Source of the DNA: an uncultured Verrucomicrobiae bacterium | GTDB lineage: Bacteria > Verrucomicrobiota > Verrucomicrobiia > Chthoniobacterales > Chthoniobacteraceae | Assembly: GCA_963769025.1 (NCBI GenBank) | Contig: CAVYKI010000012.1 | Span: 537,151-601,150, forward strand | Reading direction: 5' to 3' | Length of the DNA stretch: 64,000 nt | In this document: in pieces, positions 49,808 through 60,368 of the stretch | How the letters are laid out: every line of letters starts with the position of its first letter | Position numbering within the stretch: the stretch's first letter is position 1 | Made by a program: the position numbers and the translations under genes | The notes under the pieces: generated by a model | The model's input: only the letters and a program-made list of their open reading frames with translations | The model's database searches: none | Told to the model about the DNA's origin: nothing

Positions 49808-50442
49808 TGCGTGAGCGAGTTCGAGAGTGTGAGAAGCAATCTTTTACGAGATCGAGTCCTCCACTTGGTTTGGGCGACAATCACTCCAATTCCATGAGGG
49901 GCTGTTTTTCGCGCTTTACACTTTTTCGACGCCCGGAACGAGCGCTGATACGCGCTCCACGACGCAAATTCCGCGTCTTCGTGCGAATCACCTACTCTGA
50001 CACCACTCGCCCGGCCTCGTGCGGAAATTCGGGCTTCCAGAAGTGTAAGGTTGGGCCGTCACTTTACACCGACTTTACACCTGCCGTGCGGATGAAGGCG
50101 ACGATGCGCTCGATCATCGGTGCGGTGATCTGAAGCTCCGTGAGGCGCAGGACGCGCCAGCCGGCCAGCGCCGCTTCCAGATACTTCTCGGCGTCTGCGG
50201 CGAAGCCCTGCGGGCGATTGTGGCGGCCCTGAATCCAGAGCCCGCCCTCGATCTCGATGAGCGTCCGGCTCTCGATGTGGGCGAAGTCCGCGCGCCACTT
50301 GCGCTCGGCGTGAAATCGAAACTCGCGCTCCAGCTCCGGTCCACCGAACGAACGCCAGTAGAGCGCGAACTTCGATTCGAGGCGGGAGGGCGGTGACTTG
50401 TCGCGGTAGCGGAGGCGGGGCATGGCCTCCGCGTGGCGTCAA
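49808..50442. repeat. Diverged direct repeat, copy B
   Basis: Homologous to 29691-30336. Confidence 0.9.
50064..50423 (-). CDS. Phage-type PD-(D/E)XK/DUF559-like small endonuclease, copy B
   Basis: EFRFHAERKWRADFA, LIEIEGG, GRH and GWRVLR. Confidence 0.78.
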   Translation of the reverse strand: MPRLRYRDKSPPSRLESKFALYWRSFGGPELEREFRFHAERKWRADFAHIESRTLIEIEGGLWIQGRHNRPQGFAADAEKYLEAALAGWRVLRLTELQITAPMIERIVAFIRTAGVKSV

Positions 50443-50445
50443 CAC

Positions 50446-50694
50446 TCAGAGCAGCTTCTGCTGCTGCGGGTCTTCGACCTCGCTTTCGATTTCGTCGGTG
50501 AACGTCTTGGCGATGCGGCACGTCACCTTCAGCTTCGTCGGCGATGCTCCGCGGTCGAAGGTGACTTTGAAGCCGATGCCGAATTTGCCGTCGTCGTCCT
50601 GGGCGTCCTGGGCTTCGCGCCAGTGGGCGCTCATCAGTTCGCGGATGTGGTCGAGGGCTTTCTGCTTGTTCGAGGTCTTGGAGGTCGTGGTCAT
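50446..50694 (-). CDS. Hypothetical protein
   Basis: 82-aa ORF translationally coupled to its upstream gene. Confidence 0.6.
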   Translation of the reverse strand: MTTTSKTSNKQKALDHIRELMSAHWREAQDAQDDDGKFGIGFKVTFDRGASPTKLKVTCRIAKTFTDEIESEVEDPQQQKLL

Positions 50695-51374
50695 AGTTGG
50701 TTGTGGATTTCGATGATGGGTTGAAGATCGCGTTTGAGGGCGGCGCGCTGTTCCTTGGTCGCGGTCTTGAGCCACCCGGCGGCGCGCATCCGTCCCCACC
50801 AGCCGACGAGCCGGTTCACGAACGGGATGTGGTTGCACGATGCCCGCGTCGGCCGGGTCGGGTCGCAGCTCCTCCACCGGCGATGACGCGCCCGGCCTCG
50901 ATGGAGCGCCGCAGTCGGCGGACGCTCATCCGCCGCCCGGCCTCGATCCTCGGCAGCGCGCTGTGGCGATCCATTGCTTCTGCTTCGGATTCGTCGAGCT
51001 TCGCGACGGCGCGGTGGTGCTCGAAGGAGAAAAGTTCGTGTCGACACGAACTTTTCACGTTGCGCGCGACGTAGGCGAAGTTGCGCAGGGTGGCTGAGTC
51101 GAGTTTCGTGGCGGCCAGCGCCGTCTCGTATCGCGCCGTGCGGGACGCGGCTGCGGCATGTCCTCGAAACCGGGCAGCGGCCGTTGTCCGGCGAACCGGT
51201 CGCCGTAGACCAGCCAGTCGCCGATGACGAAGCCGATCGAGCGGGCGGCGTCGCCGAGGTGCGGGGCGAGTGCGCTCCATTCGTCGAACGTCAGTTCCTC
51301 GGTGAACGTCGAGGCCGAGCGGGGTGACGCGGACTTTGGGGAGGATTCAAGGTGATGGTGGCCAAATCGTTCAT
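50691..51374 (-). CDS. LmbU-like DNA-binding protein, frameshifted
   Basis: LTFDEW, IGDWLVYG, TLRNFAYVAR and SFEHHRAVA. Confidence 0.65.
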
Positions 51375-51916
51375 GGTTTTGCGGGTTGAGATCTGGGCGG
51401 CCTGATAGGCGCGGCGGGCTGTCAAAGAGCGCATGGCGCGCGACGGCTGGAGGTTGAGGCGCTCGGTGAGCTCGACGCAGCGTTTGCTCACCGCCGCGCG
51501 GGTGACGCAGTGCCGGCGGGCGATGTCGGTCATCGTGCCGCCGAGGTAGGAAAAGCCCGTGGCCAGCGCGAGGCATTCGAGGCTGAGGCGGGCGTTTCGC
51601 TCGGCGATCAGCTCACCGATCAGCCGGCGCAGGATGTCGAGCACCTCCTCGTTCTCGATGGCGGCGACCTTGACCGGCAGCGTCGTCGGCTTCGTGCGGC
51701 AGGCTCGGGCGGCTCGGACGCCTCGTGAAACTCGGCCGCGTCGGTGCTGCCCCATGCCGTAGCCGTCGGCTTCGCGCAACGGCTCGTGCGAGGCCGAGCT
51801 GCCGCCAGACGCTGTCTGCTCCTCGGGCGGGAGCGACGGCGAACCACGCGCGGTATTCGCGAGTGTAAGCCTGCGTCCTTGATCGTCTGCCGGTTGGCGT
51901 AATCGTCCGCCATCAT
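51371..51916 (-). CDS. Hypothetical HTH protein (sigma region 4-like), frameshifted
   Basis: MTDIARRHCVTRAAVSKR. Confidence 0.6.
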
Positions 51917-53659
51917 TTTTCTCCCCAGCTCGCGCACACGTTGGCTTCGACTTCGACCGGCACCTGCGGGAACAGCGCCGCCATCGCCTCGACCATCACC
52001 GCCTCGACCGTGCGGCGGACGTACTCGGCTTCGTGCTCCGGCGCCTCGACGATGATCTCGTCATGCACCGTGCTCACGATGCGCGCGGAGGTCGGGAGCG
52101 CGCCGGCAAGCTGCACGAGCGCGCGCTTCATCCCGTCCGCGCAGCCGCCCTGGACCGGCGTGTTGACCAGCGCGGTGAAGCGTTCCCACGCCGATGCCTC
52201 CGGCGGGATGAGCCGCCGGCGACCGAGCACGGTGCGAACTTCGCTCACGCCTTGTTCGGCCCGGCGGTGACTCTCGCCATGCCACTGCCGCAGGCTGCCG
52301 TAGGTGCGGAAGAACTTCGTGCGGATTTCCCGCGCGTCGTCCTCGGGCAGCGTCACGCCGTAGCTCGATGCCGCATACTTCACGAGTCCCGGCGCGGACT
52401 GGCCGTAGAGCAGGCCGAAGTTCACCGCCTTCGCGAGCTGGCGATCTTCCTTGCGTGACCGCTTCGACGGGTTTGCCCGAGCACCGCGGCGGCGGTGCCG
52501 CGATGGAGATCCTCGCCGCGCTGATACGCCTCGATCATTTTCGTTTCACCCGCGATGGCCGCCGCCGCGCGCAGCTCGATTTGCGAGTAGTCGGCGACGA
52601 CGAGCTTGCTGCCTTCCGGCGCGATGAAGCATTCCCGCAGCGGCCCGCGTCCAATGTTTTGCAGGTTCGGCTCCTTGCTGCTGAATCGGCCTGTGGCGGT
52701 GCCGGTCGGATCGAACCGCCCGTGGATGCGACCATCGGCGGCGATGCACTCCAGGAGCGACTGCGCCTGCTGGGCGGTCTTCTCCGCCGAGCGATGCGCG
52801 AGGATGATCGGGACGAACCGTTCGTCGCCGCTCGCCTTGAGCGTTTCCTCGTTCGTGTTCGCGAGGGTCAGCCCCGCCTTCGCCAGCGCGGTCTGCAACT
52901 GCACCGGGCTCGACAGGTTGATCTGGCGGTCGCCGAGAGCATCCCGAAGCGCGGCCGTCTGCATCTCGCTCTCGGCCTTCGCCTGGTCGCGAATGGCTTC
53001 GAGCTTGGCGCGATCCACGGCGAGGCCGGCGGTTTCCATCGCCACGATGACCGGCTGAAGAGCCATCTCCAACCCGGCCACCTCGCCGAGCCCGCTCTGC
53101 TCCAGCTTGAGCGTGAGCACGTCGTAGAGCGCGTGCAGGTGCGCCACGTCACGGGCGGCGTAGGCAAGCTGGCCGTCGGTCAGGAACATGCCGCCCCAGT
53201 CGGATCGTGCTGTGATCGTCGGCGGGTTTGATCCCGAGGTAGCGCTCCAGGCATTTGTCGAGGTCGTTGCCGGGGCGCGTGCCGGCGCTGAGCAGGCGCG
53301 CGGCGACCAGCGTGCAGAAGACTCCGGCGGAGCCGGAGGCCGCACTTCACCGCGAGCCAGAGGGCGTCGAACTTCAGGTTGTGGGCGATGACCAGCACCG
53401 ACTCCAGGGCCGTTGACAGGGGACCGAGATCGTAGCCCGTGGCCTGCAAATCAATGAGCCAGGGCTCGCGGTCTGCGACCTTCAGCGAAAGCAGGCGCAT
53501 GTCGCCGCGCCACGGGTTCAGCGCGTCCGATTTCCGGGAGCCGAAGGTCTCCACGTCGAGCGCGACGGAGCCCGCGGCAGTGATCGCAGCGGCGATTTCG
53601 GCGAACGCGCCGAGGCTTCGAAATCGTGGAAGGTGGGGAAGGTTGGGAAGTCCCAACAC
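51913..53659 (-). CDS. Family A DNA polymerase with 3'-5' exonuclease, no 5' nuclease, frameshifted
   Basis: LDVET, HNLKFD, YAARD, TGRFSS..PNLQNI, DYSQIELR, NFGLLYG, NTPVQG and VHDE. Confidence 0.92.
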
Positions 53660-53773
53660 CTCCTTCTCCTACTCTCTCTTTTTAATTCTCCTCTTTTTTC
53701 TTTTTTCTCTTCGCATTTTTTCTTCGCTGACCAAATCACTGCTGTTGGACCTTCCCCACGTTCCCGACCTTCC
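53628..53773. repeat. Inverted 9-bp iteron arrays flanking a pyrimidine tract (putative replication origin)
   Basis: GGAAGGTGG/GGAAGGTTG/GGAAGTCCC on plus; GGAAGGTCG/GGAACGTGG/GGAAGGTCC on minus; 92-bp T/C-rich spacer. Confidence 0.75.
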
Positions 53774-56327
53774 AAAGACCGAGAGCATGATTTGCTGGTA
53801 GCGGCCCTGGTCGGCGCTGCCGGCGGCGCGGAAGCGAACCTGTTGGCGGTCGCCTTTGCCGCGCGCGTCGATTTCGAGCGTCACGCCGGAGAGTTCCCGT
53901 TCGCGGTATTGGCGCAGGGCCTTGCCGATGCGCGTCTTGGTGTCCTTGGATTGGCCGTCCTCAAAGCTGCCGAAGAACGCGAGGTCTTCGTCGTCGGTCG
54001 CGGCGACGAGCCGGAACAGTTCGCCTTTCTCGATCCAGGTGTCGGGGTGGCTCTCGAACATCAGCGCGTAGAGCGCCCGCATGGCCCTGTCCTGACGGTC
54101 GCCGCCGATTTCGCCGTCGTCGGTGGCGTGGGGCAGGCACGGATCGCCCAGGCCGCAGGCGTGCATGATGCCGCCGACGATGCGGCCCCATTCAGGGAAG
54201 GAATTGAACGGCGTCGGACCGGCCGGACAGCCGTCGTCGATCCAACGCTTCACGAGCGCGCCGACGGCGCTGAGCAGATCGGCGCGATGCTCCAGCACCC
54301 AGCCGTGCAGGTCCGGTTTGGCGAAATCGCGCCCGTTCGGGTTCTCCTCGAAGAGGACGAGGCCGATCTTGCGGGTGCGCGGCTCGACGTCTTCGCGGAA
54401 GGTGAGTCCCACGTTGGCCGAGATGCTGAACTCGATCTCGTTCGGCAGGGTGAGGTCGGCTTTCGCTTCGGTGCTGCCGAGGTTGCGGGCGCGCGAAGGT
54501 CTTCGAGGTGACGGCGCCGATGAAGGCCGCGTCCTGAATGTAGCCCTGGCAGTTGGCGAAGTGCATCATGCGCCGCCCGGCCATGAGTGCCGCCGTGATG
54601 CGTTTGCGCGTTTCCTCGCTCTCGCGCTCGAGCGGCGCGTCTTCGCAGGTGCGGCCCTCGTAGAGAATCTGCGTCACTCCGGCGAGGTAGTCCTTGCCGG
54701 CACGTGGGCGGTTGCCGCTGTAGTGCCAGAGCGGGAAGCGGGCGTCCCAGCCCATCAGTCCGCGGCAGAATGGCGTGATGATCCGGGCGAGCGCATGAAC
54801 GAGGCTCTGGCCGTCCTTCCAGCCGAAACTCCGCGTGAACCTCCTGCAGCAGCTCGATGGCGCGCTCAAGGGCATCGGGACGAATGCGCGGCGCTTCGGG
54901 ATCGAGGTAGCTGCGAAAGCGGGGGTCGTAGCCGGTCTCGGGAAAGACGATGCCGTCGCCTGGCGTCCGAATCGGCAGCGGGATGTCGAGGATGCGGATG
55001 ATCTCGGGCAGCTTTCGCCGGAACTGCGGCGCGGCCATGAGCTTGGCCGCACACTCGCGCGTCATCGTGTGACGCAGGAAGATCATGTCGCCCGATGGCT
55101 TGTCCTCGCGCAGCACGCCGGTCTGCACGAACTGCTCGGCGGCCGTGCAAGCCTCGACCGGCTGGACGGGATGGAAGGTGAGGGCGGTGATGTTCTCGCT
55201 GAAGCGCCGCATCGCCACGGCCACGACCGTCTCGGCTTTGTTGAACCAGACTTTGCGCGGGCCGATCTGCTGGCCCATCTCGGCGGCGAACTCGGAATCG
55301 GGCCGGTCCATCTCCGGCAGAAGCACACGCTGGCGACCGTCCGGCGATGCCTGGCCCTCGATCCAGACGCGCATCTCGCGGCAGTGGCGGTCCACGATGC
55401 CCGGCTTCTGATCATCGAGGGTTTCGAGCACGTCCTTCAGCGAACGCTCCGCGCAGTGGGCGTGCAGGCATTTGAATCCAGGCGGGCTGTCAGCCGATTC
55501 GCCTTGGAAGATGACGGTGTCGGTATCGCCACCGTTGCCTCCGTTCGCGCCGGAGTGATCGCTTTCCCACGGACAGCGCACCGACCACTTGCCGGCATCC
55601 GGGTCGATGCAGTCGCCGAGCAGATCGGCCTCGCGGCACAGCGCCACCGCGTCGAGCGTGTGGAGTGCTCCTTTGAAGCGCGCCCACCACGGCTTTTCTT
55701 TTGGCGGACGCCCACGCTTCGCTCCCGCCGGTTCCTCGAATCCGAACCATTGCCGGATCTGCGCCCAGCTCACCTCGGGAATCTCGCCCGTCACGTCCCA
55801 CACGTAGCGCGCGCCGCTTTTGTGAACCGAGGGGCTGACGCACGAGGTTCATGCCGTCGGCGTAGAACTCGGCGGTCACGGTGGCGTTCACCTGCGCGGT
55901 GATCGCTTTCTTCGCCTTCGCCACGTCTTCGGGCAGATCGCGGCAAACGAAGACGAGATGCGCACCGCCGCCGGTGCGTTCGCGCGGGATGGTCGCGAGC
56001 TGCGGCTGGGAACTCAGCCACGTCCGCACCGACTCACCGGCATCCGGCTTCGAGTCGAGGTCGACGTGGACGAATGGCCCGCGCACCACGACGCCGAGGT
56101 TGAAGTTGGAGCCGTTGGCGAAGTGTTCGCGCAGATAGTCCGGCGTGACCTCGGCGGCCAGTGTGCGAGCGCCAGCCTTTGGCGATCGGCTTCTTGCCGC
56201 GCTCGTGATCCTGGCCGCGATTCGGCGGGCAGAGCGCATGAATGGCCCAGCCCAGATCGCGGTGGTAGAACTCGGCGGTGCGCAGCCGGTCCCACGAGTT
56301 GATGTCCGCTGGAATCGAAAAGCTCAT
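53669..56327 (-). CDS. Prim-Pol type primase with C-terminal helicase-like P-loop domain, frameshifted
   Basis: GKKP...W, N.GVV...VDLD, RTGGGAHL, zinc-finger-like CPW..DH...CLHAHC and PRAGKD. Confidence 0.75.
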
Positions 56328-57556
56328 CCGCAGCCCGTGTAGAAATCAGTGGCGGCCTTGCTGACGAAGACGCCGGAGAACCAGTCCTTGAGATGTAGGC
56401 CCGACAGCTCGCGCAGCCGCGAGAGCGCGACGTAAGCCTGTCCAGGTTCGCGGGCGGCGCGCACGTCGATGTAGGCGGAGTCGAGCGTGAGCCCCTGCGA
56501 CTTGTGAATCGTCAGCGCGTAGGAAAGCCGGAGCGGGAACTGGCGGAACGTGGCGCTGCTTTTGTCGCGGCTGTCGTAGGCCCAGGTGAACGGCTCGACG
56601 ACGAACTGCCGGTCCTCGCATTCGACGGAGATCCGGCCCCGAGAGCAGTCCGTCACGATGCCGGTCTGCCCATTCACGAAGCCGCCTTCGCTGCTGTTGA
56701 CCGTGAACATGACGCGGGCGCCGCGCTTGAGTTCAAGCCGCTGCGGAGTGAGCAGGTTGTTGATGAGAAACTGCTGCTGGTGTTCCGGGCCGCTCAACGC
56801 GGCATCGAAGACCTCCGGCTCGCTGTCGATTTCGCCGAGCCGGTAGGCGTTCCATTTGTCCACCTGCGCATTGTGCGTGAACAGCCGCGTGAGGTTGGCG
56901 TCGGGAAACTTTGCGACGCGCGAGCGCAGAAGCTGGGCATTGCGCCCGGCGACGCGACCGAAGCGGAATTCCGACAGCGCGCCGACAAACGCCGCATCTT
57001 CCTGCCGATGAACTTTGGTGAGGTGGACGACCTTGAACCCTGCTTCCCGCCAGGCGCGTGACTCGAAGGCCCAATCGTAGGGCGCGGTCGGATCTTTCTT
57101 CACGGGCGGGAGCTGGAGGAAGTCTCCGGTCACGATCATCTGGATGCCGCCAAACGGGCGGTCATCGCGGCGCACTCGCTTGGCGAGGAAGTTCAGGAAG
57201 TCGAGCGTCCGGCCGTTGAGCATCGAGACTTCGTCGATCACGAGCGTCTCCGCGCTGCGGATGCGGTCGAAGCCCGCACGCACGCTGAAGCGTTTGTCCG
57301 CCATCAGGTGATCGAGATAGTCCTCGTCGCTCTCGCCGTTCTGCGGCCCGAGCATCATGCCGCTCCATCGGTGCAGCGTGAGGCCACCGATGTTGAGCGC
57401 GGCGATGCCGGTCGAGGCCGTGACCGCGAAGCGTGCCGGATTGCCGGCGATCAGTCGCCGCGTCCGGAAGCTCTTGCCCGTGCCGCCCGGGCCGGTGAGG
57501 CAGACGTTCTCGCCCGCGTCCACGAGCTGCTCGAAGGTGGTGTCGTCGTGAATCAT
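56324..57556 (-). CDS. Pif1-family SF1B DNA helicase
   Basis: GPGGTGKS, STGIAA..IGG.TLH, DEVSM, FGGIQ...GDFLQLPPV, TIHKSQG and QAYVALSR. Confidence 0.93.
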   Translation of the reverse strand: MIHDDTTFEQLVDAGENVCLTGPGGTGKSFRTRRLIAGNPARFAVTASTGIAALNIGGLTLHRWSGMMLGPQNGESDEDYLDHLMADKRFSVRAGFDRIRSAETLVIDEVSMLNGRTLDFLNFLAKRVRRDDRPFGGIQMIVTGDFLQLPPVKKDPTAPYDWAFESRAWREAGFKVVHLTKVHRQEDAAFVGALSEFRFGRVAGRNAQLLRSRVAKFPDANLTRLFTHNAQVDKWNAYRLGEIDSEPEVFDAALSGPEHQQQFLINNLLTPQRLELKRGARVMFTVNSSEGGFVNGQTGIVTDCSRGRISVECEDRQFVVEPFTWAYDSRDKSSATFRQFPLRLSYALTIHKSQGLTLDSAYIDVRAAREPGQAYVALSRLRELSGLHLKDWFSGVFVSKAATDFYTGCG

Positions 57557-57692
57557 GGATGGATGAAGCCGTGAACCGCCCAGCCGAGCGCGAAGCCGAG
57601 GAGCAGGAAGACGAACCGCCACGGCCATGTGTAGCGACGGCGGTTGCGCCGGCTCCCCACGTCAGTAAGCCGCAGGCAGAGACTTGGCGTTG

Positions 57693-58577
57693 TCATCGGA
57701 ATTGAATGGGTTGCGGGTTGAGCGGCAGTGGCACCGGCCCCGCGCCAGGTTCGTCGCCTTGGATCGGGCAGTAGCCTTTCATCCAGACCCAGAGGTTCCG
57801 GGCGTTGAGGAAGGCGCGGTAGTAGCCCTCCTGTTCCTCGCGCGGCCAGACCTTGGGCATCACCGGCACAGGCTCGATGGAGCTGATGACGAGCGACACG
57901 AGGTCGAGCGGCTGCTTGCGCGCGGCCTCAGCAATGATCGCCTGCCGGTAGGCTTCGAGTTGGAGCGGCCACGTCTCGTAGAACGTGGGCTTCAGCGCGC
58001 CTTTCGCGTCGCGCTTCACGCGCTGCGTTTTGAAGTCCACGACCGCCCAGGAGCCGGTGGTCTTGAGCTTCGCCACGATGTCCACGCGACCGCCGTAGCC
58101 CCACTCGTCGTGAGTGACGACACGCTCGATGCAGTCGATCCGCTCGATCTCGCGGTCGAACCATTCGCGCACCGGCGCGAACAGCTTGGCGACCTCCGGG
58201 TTCTCCGGCAGCTCCTTCGAGTTCGCATACACTTCGCAGGCGGTGTGGATGGCGCTGCCGAGATCGGCGGCCTTCTCGACCTGCTCGCCCATGTCGGAGA
58301 CGACGCGCTTGGCGAAGGCATCGAGCGATTTCGTCGTCGCGCTTCGCGGCAGGGTGAGCGCGGCGAGGATTCGCCTGCTCCTGCTTCCACGCGTCGAGGC
58401 CGGGTTTGGCGAGGATCGCCGAGGATGTTTGTCACGCTCGGGAATAGGCCGCACTTTCCGCGCGTCGCGCAGCGTGACGGAGCGCATCCCTTTGCCGTCC
58501 GCCCGTTCGACCTCGTGAAAGGGCGTGCGGTCCCGCAGATACCAATGGGAGGCGCTTTCGCGTTTGATCAGAATCAT
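57693..58577 (-). CDS. PD-(D/E)XK exonuclease (phage type), frameshifted
   Basis: VTNIL, GSAIH, YGGRVD, VDFKT and QLEAY. Confidence 0.85.
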   Translation of the reverse strand: MILIKRESASHWYLRDRTPFHEVERADGKGMRSVTLRDARKVRPIPERDKHPRRSSPNPASTRGSRSRRILAALTLPRSATTKSLDAFAKRVVSDMGEQVEKAADLGSAIHTACEVYANSKELPENPEVAKLFAPVREWFDREIERIDCIERVVTHDEWGYGGRVDIVAKLKTTGSWAVVDFKTQRVKRDAKGALKPTFYETWPLQLEAYRQAIIAEAARKQPLDLVSLVISSIEPVPVMPKVWPREEQEGYYRAFLNARNLWVWMKGYCPIQGDEPGAGPVPLPLNPQPIQFR

Positions 58578-58591
58578 GGTCGTGGTCCTCC

Positions 58592-59323
58592 TCAGTAGGG
58601 CTGGTTGTCCATCGGGATGTTGTCCTCGGCGTCGATCTCCGCCTTGGCTGCTTCGAGCGCGGCGATGAGCCGGCGGTCGTCAGCGAGCGGCTTGGCTTTC
58701 GCCTTCACCTCCGGGAGCCAATGCTGAATGAGTGCTGTCACCGCAGGGCGGTCGAGGTCACCGAGATCGAGACCCTTGTGTTTGCCGATGTGAACCTTCG
58801 TGCGGCGCCAGTCGGTCGTGTCGCCCGGATCGTCGGCCTGCTCGGCGCGGCGATACTCCGCGTCGGCGGCGCCATTGTTCGGCTCGCGATCCTTCACGCG
58901 CTTGAACTTGCCACTCGGCTTCATCGGCTTGCCGGTCTTGTCGGGCCGGATGAGCGCGATGTTCGCGTAGGTCTCGCCGGTGCGGCCTTCCTCGTGGACG
59001 ACGGTGATCTCGGCGGTCTTGCCGAGCAGAGATTCGGTGTCGAACTCGGCTTCCTCGGCGGCCGTGAGAGCGCGGCCAAACCATTTCCGGACGAACTGCG
59101 CGAAGGCCGCTTTTTCATGCAGCGACGGCGTGAAGCCGCGGCTCCACACGCAATAGGGCGTGCCGTCCTCGCGCAGCAGGGGAGTCTCGAAGACGATCTT
59201 GAACGTCTCCTTCGGCCCGTAGGCGGTTTCGACTTTCTTGAGCGGCGTCACATCGACGACGACGGCTTGGCCGGAAAACTCCGGGCAGGGTTCAAACGAT
59301 TTGCTGTTTTTGGTCAGTTTCAT
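58592..59323 (-). CDS. Putative phage single-stranded DNA-binding protein
   Basis: SLHEKA...W.GR..T.AE..FD.E.LLGK, YANI and an acidic tail; position in the replication module. Confidence 0.6.
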   Translation of the reverse strand: MKLTKNSKSFEPCPEFSGQAVVVDVTPLKKVETAYGPKETFKIVFETPLLREDGTPYCVWSRGFTPSLHEKAAFAQFVRKWFGRALTAAEEAEFDTESLLGKTAEITVVHEEGRTGETYANIALIRPDKTGKPMKPSGKFKRVKDREPNNGAADAEYRRAEQADDPGDTTDWRRTKVHIGKHKGLDLGDLDRPAVTALIQHWLPEVKAKAKPLADDRRLIAALEAAKAEIDAEDNIPMDNQPY

Positions 59324-59784
59324 GGTTGTTGTTGATTCAGGTTTTCCCGCCCGCGATTTGGTGATGCCTCCGGCCCGGCGAGCGGGGAGCGAACCGGAGG
59401 CGAAAGGCTTCAGGTTCGGTTGGGAACTCGCGGGCGAGATCCGCAGCGGCGCATTCCGCGTTATCGGTGTCCGCGTGCCGCGCGATGTCCTCGAGCTGCT
59501 GCTCGCGCTCGATGTCAGCTCCCTTGGTGCCCGCGGCCCGGAACCACTTCCTGACGATGTTCGCCTCGAAGCGGGTCAGGGCACCGACACGAACCACTGG
59601 CAGGCCCGCCCGGACTAGATTCCAGACGTGGCGCTCGCTGCACTGCGCGAACGCGGCGACATCGGCGACAGTCCAAAGGTTTCGGGCGGGAGCGGGGCGA
59701 CGGCTCGCGGACAGAATCGAGAGCTTCGGCTTGTGACTCGTTGCAGGCTGGTGCTGGCGGATTCATAGGTCTCACCACCCCATG

Positions 59785-59921
59785 TGCGACATGTCGCAAA
59801 ACGGCCCCTGAAAGCACCGCTCGCCCGCCCGCGAAGGCTGCATCTACGAGGGATGGCGCGCTGTGAGGGGCCGCCAAAAAAGTTGAAAAAAGATGTTTGG
59901 CAGCCTTGCGACATGTCGCAA
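59785..59921. promoter_or_regulatory. Two copies of the palindrome TGCGACATGTCGCA (putative operators)
   Basis: Exact copies at 59785-59798 and 59907-59920 in the divergent control region. Confidence 0.75.
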
Positions 59922-60005
59922 AATGGCGGGGTCTGGAGGGTGCATTTCTACTGCACAGGACTGAAAATGATTGACGCGGGGTGCAGCGTAAGCTCTCATG
60001 CTTAC

Positions 60006-60368
60006 ATGGCTGAAACCTTTGGACAGCACATCCGCGAATTGCGCCAGGCCGCAGGGCTCTCTCTGCGTGAGCTTGCGCGTCGCGTCGGCATCACCGCCCC
60101 CTACCTTTCCGACATCGAGTCGGGCTATCGTCACCCCGCCGACAAGAATCTCGCCGCCCTCGCCACGCACCTCGGCACGACCGAGGAAGATTTGCGACGA
60201 TTCGATCCGCGGCCCCCCACCAAAGAGATGGAGAGGCTGATCGACGAGAATCCGGCTTACAGTCTCGCGTTCCGTCAGGTCGTCGAGGCCGTGCGGGACC
60301 AGGGCATTGACCCGAAAGACATGCTCAAGCGATTCGCGAAAGCGCCCAAGAGGAAGGAAAAACCATGA
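60006..60368 (+). CDS. XRE family HTH repressor
   Basis: FGQHIRELR...GLSLRELARRVGITAPYLSDIESG. Confidence 0.9.
   Translation: MAETFGQHIRELRQAAGLSLRELARRVGITAPYLSDIESGYRHPADKNLAALATHLGTTEEDLRRFDPRPPTKEMERLIDENPAYSLAFRQVVEAVRDQGIDPKDMLKRFAKAPKRKEKP

Noticed and set aside
59337..59767. Small ORFs at the head of the replication operon
   Set aside because: Probably coding, but the frame and boundaries could not be fixed and no family was recognised
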